From Candidatus Spechtbacterales bacterium (GTDB taxonomy: Bacteria; Patescibacteriota; Minisyncoccia; Spechtbacterales; HO2-43-30): 32,030 bases of DNA. The stretch lies in assembly GCA_049274815.1 (NCBI GenBank), contig JBASTI010000018.1, positions 1-32,030 on the forward strand, read 5' to 3'. Position 1 is the stretch's first letter. Each line of letters starts with the position of its first letter. Position numbers and translations under genes: made by a program. Of this stretch, positions 14,950 to 22,541 are shown in pieces. Under the pieces are notes generated by a model. The model ran no database searches. It was given only the letters and a program-made list of their open reading frames with translations, and was not told where the DNA came from.

Positions 14950-15012
14950 AAATAGGATTCAAAAGTTCTTTCCAAAATTTTAAAATAAGAAGTTTATAGG
15001 AGGATTGAATCT

Positions 15013-15681
15013 ATGAGTAAGCAGGGGTTGGCGGCTCTGATTTTGTTTGTCTGTCTGTTTTTATTTATAGGTGCCGCATGCGGAGGTTCGGGTAAGAGCG
15101 AAATAATATCTCATCCGACATCGACACCTGTGCCGATATCGATACCTACGCCGACACCTACCGAAACATCCGTGGCGCAGGAACAAAAGCCCATAGCGCC
15201 TGATTTTACCCTCGATGGATTTAGGGCAGTTTTCCCGTTGGGAGATAGTGAAGTAACCTATCGGGGGTTAGAAAATGTAAGTCTTTCAGATTTCCGTGGC
15301 AAACTTGTGATTCTGGATTTTTGGGCGAGCTGGTGTCCTTATTGTGCTCTCCAGATGCCGCAAGTCGAAGCAGCGTACAAACAATACAAGGATAAGGGAC
15401 TTGTGATTCTTGGCGTAGAGATGAACAGCGGCGTGAAAGACGTAAAGCGTTTCGTGGAGGAAAATGATATAACCTTCCCAGTATTATTAGATAAAGGGGA
15501 GGTTGCCAAGCTTTATGAAGTCCATGGTCTCCCTACTTCATTTCTTATTGCGCCGGACGGCACAATAGTGAAAAAGTTTTTAGGGGCGACTCACAACTGG
15601 AACTCTGTAGCCGGAGCAGCTCTTATAGAAAAATATCTGCCAATCACAATACTTACGCAAAATAAGGAGGTGGCGAGATGA
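15013..15681 (+). CDS. TlpA/ResA-like thiol-disulfide oxidoreductase lipoprotein
   Basis: 222 aa. SD AGGAGG. Signal peptide ending GAAC-GG, then a Pro/Thr-rich tether (HPTSTPVPISIPTPTPTETS). Thioredoxin fold with LVILDFWASWCPYCALQMP (CxxC) and HGLPTSFLIAPDG. Confidence 0.85.
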   Translation: MSKQGLAALILFVCLFLFIGAACGGSGKSEIISHPTSTPVPISIPTPTPTETSVAQEQKPIAPDFTLDGFRAVFPLGDSEVTYRGLENVSLSDFRGKLVILDFWASWCPYCALQMPQVEAAYKQYKDKGLVILGVEMNSGVKDVKRFVEENDITFPVLLDKGEVAKLYEVHGLPTSFLIAPDGTIVKKFLGATHNWNSVAGAALIEKYLPITILTQNKEVAR

Positions 15682-16793
15682 CAGGAAAGAGGATGAACAT
15701 ACTCGTACTTGGGTTGCTCGTAGTTCTTGTATCGGCATTTGCCCTGGCCTGCGGTACGAATAAAGCGGCGGATCAGGAAAAGTTTGACCAGCAGTTTGAC
15801 GGTAGATACGATGCCGGAAAAGACAAAAGAAAGGCCGAGTTCTCTGAATGGTATAATTCTATTGAGTCGGAAAAGCGGGCAGAGCTTGCGAGGCTTACCG
15901 AAGAAATCAACGCCAAAGTACTGGCTTCCGCAAGGCCGGTTTCAGTGGATCTTGCTTTTATGACAACCCTAAAACAGCTCTTTCTAGATACGGAGGTAGA
16001 TATAAGGATAAACGCGAAACGAGCTGAAGCTCAACTCGAACCCCTTACAATAGATGAGATTTATACCGATTTTCAGGAAGAAGGCATAAGCGAGATTCCC
16101 CAACCCGTTAAAACTGTCATGGAGATTTTTACGGACGGCAATGTTGGGGTACACTTGTCATCCTTCCTTACGTCTGGCCAGATGAACCTCGGATGGTTTA
16201 TGGGGCAAAGCTTCGTGGGGGTACCGCCGCAGGCGTACTTCGAGATATGCAACAGCGTGCCAGTGGCCGAAGCGGATGAATTTAGGGCAACCTTTACTAT
16301 GCGCGCAGACATAGGAAGCGAAGACGCGTGGAAGGAAGAAGTCCTATTCAGCGGAACCGTCCGACATCTTTGCTCAAACGAGGACAGTTACCCCAAGTTC
16401 TATGAAGAGCAGGGGATCGTTATATTCAAACGGCCCTCCATAAAACTTCTGCCAGTTCCTGCCGAGAGTGCCATTGTATTGGGTTCGGTTGACGAATTGG
16501 AAGAAGGCGACAAGCTATACTACCCCCGAATAACCGAAGATGGAATAAAGGTAGAAATAGGATTTTTTGAGGGCGTGAAAAAATTCAATCCTAATGTAGA
16601 AATAATTGAGTTTCGCGGCGCGCTCAACCCCTCAATCGATGCGGGGGCTCCAGTTTATTACATAAGTGCGGACAAGAATTTGCCGGTTAGATTGGTGGGA
16701 TTTGTTACGCAGGACGAGAGTATATCCGCGGTATCCGCGGAGTTTGTGCTCACCGGCGTTCTGGAGGCTGAGCTGGTCGCCATTAAAGACTAA
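15678..16793 (+). CDS. Hypothetical lipoprotein (371 aa), no recognised domain
   Basis: ATGA start/stop overlap with the thioredoxin gene and a GGAGG SD inside its 3' end. Signal peptide ILVLGLLVVLVSAFALAC-GT. The mature part has exactly two Cys (FEICNS, RHLCSN). Confidence 0.7.
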   Translation: MTGKRMNILVLGLLVVLVSAFALACGTNKAADQEKFDQQFDGRYDAGKDKRKAEFSEWYNSIESEKRAELARLTEEINAKVLASARPVSVDLAFMTTLKQLFLDTEVDIRINAKRAEAQLEPLTIDEIYTDFQEEGISEIPQPVKTVMEIFTDGNVGVHLSSFLTSGQMNLGWFMGQSFVGVPPQAYFEICNSVPVAEADEFRATFTMRADIGSEDAWKEEVLFSGTVRHLCSNEDSYPKFYEEQGIVIFKRPSIKLLPVPAESAIVLGSVDELEEGDKLYYPRITEDGIKVEIGFFEGVKKFNPNVEIIEFRGALNPSIDAGAPVYYISADKNLPVRLVGFVTQDESISAVSAEFVLTGVLEAELVAIKD

Positions 16794-16804
16794 AACGCAA
16801 AACA

Positions 16805-16867
16805 GCCCATCTGCTGTTTACTAGATGGGCCCTTTATTATAGAGCATAAAAGAGTTTGTGCTCTATA
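16805..16867 (+). terminator. Two consecutive hairpins between the lipoprotein gene and the first permease gene
   Basis: gcccatct (16805-16812) pairs with agatgggc (16823-16830), followed by a weak T-tract. tatagagca (16838-16846) pairs with tgctctata (16859-16867). Confidence 0.35.
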
Positions 16868-16912
16868 AGAAGGAGAGTTCTTTTAATCAATAAATAATGA
16901 AGGGGAGAATTT

Positions 16913-17884
16913 ATGCTTGAGCAGATGGGGGTATCATTTAGGAAATCGCGTATAGTTCAAGGCATTTGGCGGAAGAAACTGGCAAGATTTGCCCTAATTA
17001 GCATCCTTTTGTTTTATTTGGTGGGATTTGTAGGATTTTTGGACTCCCTCGGAGTGCCAATACTGCCCTATGATCCCACAGCGACTAATATAAGCGAAAG
17101 GTATATGCCTCCTTCACTTGTCCATCCTTTCGGCACAGACATATTGGGGCGGGATATAATGGTTCGCGCGATTTACGCGATGACCACGAGCTCGCTCATA
17201 TCCCTAATGGCGCTTTTGGGGGGAGGTATTATTCTAAACATTACCCTTTCGCTTGTCGCCGGCTATTACGGGGGGACGCGAGACTCCGTAATTGTTAAAG
17301 TCGGAGAGACGCTTTCTGGAGTGCCAAGTCTTATTTTGATGATAGTAATTACTGCATCGATTGGCCCCTCATACAAAGAGGTTGTTGCCAAAGTTTCGGA
17401 GTTTTTGCACTGGGAATGGCTTGCAAAAAGCGGAATAGCCGAAATATTTCTTATATTTGTGGCACTTTCACTGATTGGTTGGGCCGGTAGCGTCTTTATG
17501 CTCCGCTCACGAATATCAGTTCTTCGGGAGCAGGGTTTCGTGGAGTCGTCCCGGGCGCTTGGAGCTTCGGATGTAAGGATTATGTTCTGGCATATACTGC
17601 CTAATCTTATGGGGCTTATAGTTTTGAGCCTGTCCGGGCTGCTTATAGGCGCGATCGGTACAGAAATAGGTCTTTCGTACCTTGGACTTGGGGTGAAGGC
17701 CCCCAACCCATCATTTGGAGTTATGTTTTTCAGCAATGATATATCCACCCTACAGAATCACGCGTACATTTTTATACCCCCGGCTGTAATAGTCACATGG
17801 ATGTTGTTTGTCTCGTGGATGGCAGGAGATGCGTTGGTATCAATAGCAGAATCAAAAGAAATGCCACAAGGAGGTGCAGTATGA
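16913..17884 (+). CDS. Opp/Dpp-type ABC peptide transporter permease (OppC/DppC-like)
   Basis: 323 aa, multi-TM. N-terminal PPSLVHPFGTDILGRDIMVRAIY and EAA-type loop GFVESSRALGASDVRIMFWHILPN are typical of the C-type permease. Confidence 0.9.
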   Translation: MLEQMGVSFRKSRIVQGIWRKKLARFALISILLFYLVGFVGFLDSLGVPILPYDPTATNISERYMPPSLVHPFGTDILGRDIMVRAIYAMTTSSLISLMALLGGGIILNITLSLVAGYYGGTRDSVIVKVGETLSGVPSLILMIVITASIGPSYKEVVAKVSEFLHWEWLAKSGIAEIFLIFVALSLIGWAGSVFMLRSRISVLREQGFVESSRALGASDVRIMFWHILPNLMGLIVLSLSGLLIGAIGTEIGLSYLGLGVKAPNPSFGVMFFSNDISTLQNHAYIFIPPAVIVTWMLFVSWMAGDALVSIAESKEMPQGGAV

Positions 17885-19740
17885 AAGAAGTAAAATGGGT
17901 TATAGGAGTTTCGGCGTTGTTGCTTATTTTGACCGTAGCTATTTCCGCGTGTGGCGGGGGAAGCTCTGCGCCGGATTCCGCACCGCAAACCAAATCGGAA
18001 GTGCCGGCGGGGCAAAAGATTTTTAGAATGAACGCGGGGAAGTACAGCACCCTTGATCCGCAAATATGCAATGATGTCGGTTGCGCGATGTATGTAGATG
18101 AGATTTATAGCGGCCTGGTCACCCTGACCCTTGTTCCTAAAGCCGAGCACGCAAAGTATGTAGAAGAACGCGGTCTGCCCATGCTTTCTGGCGAAACATT
18201 TGCCCATATGCCTTCTCTCTGGAGGGAGTGGGCGAATACTTATCTTAAACAGAACGACAGTATGGATATTGTGATTGCTCCGGATATAGCCAAAGAGATT
18301 CCCGAACCGGTTTATAATAATGACGGCACCGTATCTTATACTTTCCAGCTTCGCGAAGATGTTTACTTCCATAACGGTAAACATGTTACGGCCAACGACT
18401 TTAAATTCTCGTTTGAAAGAGCCGCTTCGCCCAACTGGCCCGATCGTTCCTCGGCCTTTACATTACCAACAGCAGACTTATATCTTTCCGACATTCTTTG
18501 CGTGCGCGAAGTGATGTTCGGGGAGAAAAACGAAGTTTGCGGCGTGGAAGTGCTTGGCGACTATGCCCTGCGGATTACAATTGATTCCCCAAAGAGTTAC
18601 TTCCTCTGGAAGCTGACATACCCTACGGCCTTTGTTATAGACAAAGACAAGATTATTGATCCCACAACCGGTGAAGTGCAGAAAGAAGACTGGACTGATC
18701 CGCCAAACGGCACTGGCCCGTTCAAGGCAATCCCGGGCAACGAACAGACCAGGCTCATCGCCAACGAAAAATTCTACCTCGGCCGTCCATTTTTGGATGA
18801 GGTCATTTTAAATCATCAGGGCGGTCAGAGCACGATCTTTGCTTATGACGCCGGCGATGTAGATATAGCCGGCGTGGGTATAGATTATCTCCCAAGAGTA
18901 GTAGAGGGTAGTTCTAGCTATAGTCCAGATTTTGCCAAGCAGTATCGTTCCGGGCCATCGCTGGATGTTTTCTATGTGGTTTTAAATACGGAAAAACCGC
19001 CCTTTGATGACCCGAAAGTCCGCAGGGCCTTTGCGATGGCGGTAAATAAGGACGATCTTGAATTGATTGGCGAAGGGCTGTTTATTCCGGCGCGGGGAAT
19101 AGTCCCCCCGGGAATTAATGCTTATAATCCGGACTTTAAGGGTGTATCTTTCGATCCCGAAGGGGCAAAACAACTTCTGCAGGAGTCCCGATACTGGGGG
19201 ACAGATGAGCTAAAAAACGTAGAGTTATTGCGCAGCGGAAGCGGCCCACAGGCCGGACCAGTAACCGAAGCCATTCTTGATATGTGGAAAAAGCACATCG
19301 GAATAAGTGTTATTATTGATGAACCGGCTACCGGACAGGTTTATTACAACAGGATGAACGGCGGCGATTACCAGATAGCCGTTTCCGGCTGGATAGCCGA
19401 CTACCCTGACGCGGAAGATTTTCTCGATTTGAAGCTTTACTGTAATCGCATAAAAGATCCAATCACGGGTCGGGAAAGATGCGAGCGGGATTATGCAAAT
19501 AATCAAGCCCGCTACCACAATCCAGAGTTTGACCAGCTTATCAAAGAAGCGCGCACAGAGCGAGACCCCAAGCGCAGGATTGAGCTGTATCGCAGGGCCG
19601 AGGGAATTGCTGTAAGCGATGCGCCCTGGATCCCCCTGGTACACACGAAAAGCAGTATTGCGGTAAAACCGTATGTTTCGGGCTATTATCCTTCGCCCCT
19701 AGCGATTCCACAATTCAGGTTTATCGATATAAAACGGTAG
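17881..19740 (+). CDS. Family-5 (OppA/DppA-like) peptide-binding lipoprotein
   Basis: Start reassigned from 17797 to ATG 17881: ATGA overlap with the permease stop and AAGGAGG 7 nt upstream. Signal peptide VSALLLILTVAISAC-GGG. Family-5 patterns are YTFQLREDVYFHNGKHVTANDFKFSFER, GTGPFK and YQIAVSGWIADYPDAEDFL. Confidence 0.9.
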   Translation: MKEVKWVIGVSALLLILTVAISACGGGSSAPDSAPQTKSEVPAGQKIFRMNAGKYSTLDPQICNDVGCAMYVDEIYSGLVTLTLVPKAEHAKYVEERGLPMLSGETFAHMPSLWREWANTYLKQNDSMDIVIAPDIAKEIPEPVYNNDGTVSYTFQLREDVYFHNGKHVTANDFKFSFERAASPNWPDRSSAFTLPTADLYLSDILCVREVMFGEKNEVCGVEVLGDYALRITIDSPKSYFLWKLTYPTAFVIDKDKIIDPTTGEVQKEDWTDPPNGTGPFKAIPGNEQTRLIANEKFYLGRPFLDEVILNHQGGQSTIFAYDAGDVDIAGVGIDYLPRVVEGSSSYSPDFAKQYRSGPSLDVFYVVLNTEKPPFDDPKVRRAFAMAVNKDDLELIGEGLFIPARGIVPPGINAYNPDFKGVSFDPEGAKQLLQESRYWGTDELKNVELLRSGSGPQAGPVTEAILDMWKKHIGISVIIDEPATGQVYYNRMNGGDYQIAVSGWIADYPDAEDFLDLKLYCNRIKDPITGRERCERDYANNQARYHNPEFDQLIKEARTERDPKRRIELYRRAEGIAVSDAPWIPLVHTKSSIAVKPYVSGYYPSPLAIPQFRFIDIKR

Positions 19741-19750
19741 AATAATTTAT

Positions 19751-19782
19751 GGCCTCTAGCAAAAAAAGAGGCCTTTTTCTTT
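19751..19782 (+). terminator. Intrinsic terminator after the binding-protein gene
   Basis: ggcctct (19751-19757) pairs with agaggcc (19767-19773), followed by TTTTTCTTT. Confidence 0.7.
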
Positions 19783-19789
19783 GTCGGTA

Positions 19790-19818
19790 TTGACACAAAA
19801 GTGTGAGCGTAGTATAAG
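19790..19818 (+). promoter_or_regulatory. Candidate sigma70-type promoter of the S41 protease gene
   Basis: TTGACA 19790-19795, exact 17-nt spacer, TATAAG 19813-19818. GGAGG lies 6 nt before GTG 19867. Confidence 0.55.
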
Positions 19819-19866
19819 ATAAGATCAAAGTTCTTTGACGAAAATATTCTAACTGGAGGCATAGCG

Positions 19867-21471
19867 GTGAAAAACAAAAAATGGCTCGTGGTGGGTTTTG
19901 CGGCAATAATGGTTGCTGTTGCTCTAGTAGCATGCGGTGGAGCTCCCGGGAAAGATGCGGCAAAAGTTCAAGAAAAAACTCCGCCAGCACAAGAAGCGGT
20001 TCAAGAAAATCTACTTTGTCCCCCGGACAAAATAGAAGATGTTGACTTTAGGGTTCTAAATACAGATTCCCGCCCCGCTCTCGAGCAAGGATATATGTAT
20101 AAGCGCCTGCTAAACCTAAAGGGCGATGACGAATCGCGCATAGCGCGCGATGTCGCAACTGCTTTTCTGAATACCTTGAATGTACCCCTTTCCAATGTCC
20201 CCGAGTGGTTTATTGAGCTTAGGGAGGGGGCCATAGCCGAAGCAGTTCATAACGGCCAGCCGGTTGACTATGACTTTTTGAACAAGGCCTTCGCGAAATT
20301 TTTAGAAGATCCCAAGTACAGCCAGTATGCTGATCCGGAGCAGAAGTTTAAGCTGTTTGTGGCAGTAAATAACGGGCTGATTAAAGCAGTAGGAGATCCG
20401 TTTGCCTCTTATATTGCGCCGGTGGAAGTTAAACTGGGAGCAGCGGATAGTTCGGGCACTTTTTATGGTATTGGGGCCGGAATTGCTAGAAGCCAAAACA
20501 ACGAATGGGAATTGGGAAATATAGGCAAGGGCGGCCCAGCGGAAAAAGCCGGCCTCAAACCCCATGATATTATTCTGAAAGTAAATGGTAAATCTGCCGA
20601 GGGGTGTACTGTCCAGAAGCTTATACTTAATGTCCGCGGACCAAAGGGGTCAAAGGTCAACTTAACCGTTGGGCGAAACAAGCAAGAGCTTGACTTTACT
20701 ATTGTGCGGGATTTAATCAAGTTCGAGCTGGTTGAGTCATGGCCGGCCTTTGAGTGGCCAGATGGCAGGGGGAGCACCAATAAGACCCTTGCCCATCAGT
20801 TTCCTCTTCGCGCAAGAAGCGGAGAAGAGGTGCCGAGCATAGCATATATTAAAATACACTCATTCGAGACACAGGCGGGGATAGACTTCTACTATATCTT
20901 AAGGCAGATGCCATGGGAGCGTATTTCCGGGCTCATAATAGACCTGCGAAATAATCCTGGCGGTTCCTTGGCGGTAATTGAGGCGATGACGGGCTATTTC
21001 CTGCCGCCACAAGCCTATATTCTGTTGCGGGAGGAGGCAGGCGGCCAGCGAAAGGTCAGCAGGAATGTTCCAACCAAAGTATGTTTTTCTGACGCTGACC
21101 TATGCCTGGAGCCGAATCTTGTGCCGAAAGACTTACCGATTGTGGTGCTCATAAATAATAATTCTTTTTCAGGGTCAGAAGTAATGGGCGGAGCTTTGCA
21201 GGATCATAAGCGTGCCACGCTTGTCGGAGAAAGAAGCGGAGGCAAGGGGACTGTAAATCAATACTTCACTTTGCGCAACGGAGAATACGGAGTACTTTAT
21301 CTTGCGATAGAAATTTGGAGAACTCCCAAGGGAAGACTCATTGAGCCGCTTCACGAGACAAAGGAGGGCGGCCTTGTGCCGGATGTCATTATAGAGCAGC
21401 CATTAAAGGGGTTTGCGCCAGACAACGACGAGAATATTTTCAGGGCGCTAGAAATTTTAACCGAAAGATAG
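19867..21471 (+). CDS. S41-family C-terminal-processing-type serine peptidase lipoprotein with PDZ domain
   Basis: 534 aa, GTG start. Signal peptide FAAIMVAVALVAC-GG. PDZ is GIGAGIA..GGPAEKAGLKPHDIILKVNGKS. S41 core is IIDLRNNPGGSL and NNNSFSGSEVMGGALQD..ATLVGERSGGKGTV (Ser/Lys dyad context). Confidence 0.85.
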   Translation: MKNKKWLVVGFAAIMVAVALVACGGAPGKDAAKVQEKTPPAQEAVQENLLCPPDKIEDVDFRVLNTDSRPALEQGYMYKRLLNLKGDDESRIARDVATAFLNTLNVPLSNVPEWFIELREGAIAEAVHNGQPVDYDFLNKAFAKFLEDPKYSQYADPEQKFKLFVAVNNGLIKAVGDPFASYIAPVEVKLGAADSSGTFYGIGAGIARSQNNEWELGNIGKGGPAEKAGLKPHDIILKVNGKSAEGCTVQKLILNVRGPKGSKVNLTVGRNKQELDFTIVRDLIKFELVESWPAFEWPDGRGSTNKTLAHQFPLRARSGEEVPSIAYIKIHSFETQAGIDFYYILRQMPWERISGLIIDLRNNPGGSLAVIEAMTGYFLPPQAYILLREEAGGQRKVSRNVPTKVCFSDADLCLEPNLVPKDLPIVVLINNNSFSGSEVMGGALQDHKRATLVGERSGGKGTVNQYFTLRNGEYGVLYLAIEIWRTPKGRLIEPLHETKEGGLVPDVIIEQPLKGFAPDNDENIFRALEILTER

Positions 21472-21482
21472 GTCCCATACGA

Positions 21483-21517
21483 CCTATAAGTCCTATGGAT
21501 TTATAGGTTTTCTTTTT
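21483..21517 (+). terminator. Intrinsic terminator after the S41 peptidase gene
   Basis: cctataagtcc (21483-21493) pairs with ggatttatagg (21497-21507; one mismatch), followed by TTTTCTTTTT. A second 9-bp hairpin pairs ttaagcgca (21516-21524) with tgcgcttaa (21533-21541). Confidence 0.65.
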
Positions 21518-21569
21518 AAGCGCATGTGGTTGTGCGCTTAAAAGGGAAAATGTCTGAAAGGAGAAGAAA

Positions 21570-22526
21570 ATGTCGGATACGCAAAAGTATGTTCTTTCAC
21601 AAGTCTGCTGGATTTTTATTCAGCTGTTTATAATTTCCTTTGTGATTTTTGTCCTGCTGCGCGCGGCAATACCCGGCGATGCCTTGCAGGCGCGCTTTCA
21701 AAAAAGTTCAGAAAAGACGCTGGATCAGATACGTCATGAGCTCGGCTGGGATAGGAATATAGTGGTACAGTACGGTGACTATATGTTTAACTTTGTTCAG
21801 GGCGATTTTGGCGATAGCCTTCAATACGACCAAAAGACTGTTTGGGAACTGCTGAAGCCGAAGCTTTGGAAGACAATGCAGCTTTCTTTCATGGCGTTTA
21901 TCATTGGTTTTCCGACAGGCATACTTTTGGGATTACTCGCCGCGCGTTGGTCAGGCACATGGAAAGACCCCGCGCTTATAGGGGGGCTGATGATTCCAAG
22001 TTCCATCCATTCTATTATCTTTGTCCAGCTTCTCATTCTAATATTCGCGGTTAAATTAGGGTTGCTGCCGGTTGGCGGCTGGGGCGGGCTATTCTCGCTA
22101 AACAGCATAATTCCGCTTATAGTTTTGGTTTTGCCCGGCCTTGCAAGTGGCGCGCGGTTCACCAGAGCAAACGCGCTCCACGTAATCAACGAAGGATATG
22201 TGCGTACTGCTTATGCGAAGGGTTTGTCTGAGCGTAGGGTTCTGCTGCGCCATGTTTTGCCAAACGCGGCTCACCCAATACTGTATCCATTAATCGTGGA
22301 TTTTCCTCTGATTTTCGTTACGGGTTTTCTGTTTGTAGAAATAGAGTATGGCATACAGGGCACCGGAAGTTTTATGGTTGAGTCGCTTAGGTCGCTCGAT
22401 TACAATGTAATAATGGCGACATCAATTATGATTGCCGCCGTCGTCCTTATTATGCGCCGGGTTGCTGATATAGCCATCGGCGTTTTTGACCCCAGGGTTC
22501 GCATCGGCAAAGCAAAAAGGTTTTAG
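21570..22526 (+). CDS. Opp/Dpp-type ABC peptide transporter permease (OppB/DppB-like)
   Basis: 318 aa, multi-TM. LLRAAIPGD near the N-terminus and loop EGYVRTAYAKGLSERRVLLRHVLPNA are typical of the B-type permease. Confidence 0.9.
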   Translation: MSDTQKYVLSQVCWIFIQLFIISFVIFVLLRAAIPGDALQARFQKSSEKTLDQIRHELGWDRNIVVQYGDYMFNFVQGDFGDSLQYDQKTVWELLKPKLWKTMQLSFMAFIIGFPTGILLGLLAARWSGTWKDPALIGGLMIPSSIHSIIFVQLLILIFAVKLGLLPVGGWGGLFSLNSIIPLIVLVLPGLASGARFTRANALHVINEGYVRTAYAKGLSERRVLLRHVLPNAAHPILYPLIVDFPLIFVTGFLFVEIEYGIQGTGSFMVESLRSLDYNVIMATSIMIAAVVLIMRRVADIAIGVFDPRVRIGKAKRF

Positions 22527-22541
22527 AGGGGAGTAGAAGAA

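Noticed and set aside
16620-16655. ALNPSIDAGAPV in the 371-aa lipoprotein resembles the HtrA/S1 protease active-site strand (AINPGNSGGPL) with the Ser replaced. This suggested a pseudo-protease.
   Set aside because: The match is a single short motif requiring a gap. I could not find the corresponding His and Asp motifs upstream. It is too weak to call without a profile or structure search.
17797-17880. N-terminal 28 codons of the track ORF for the peptide-binding protein (MDVVCLVDGRRCVGINS...).
   Set aside because: This extension overlaps the permease gene by 88 nt and has no SD. ATG 17881 has AAGGAGG upstream, an ATGA stop/start overlap, and gives a proper lipoprotein signal peptide.
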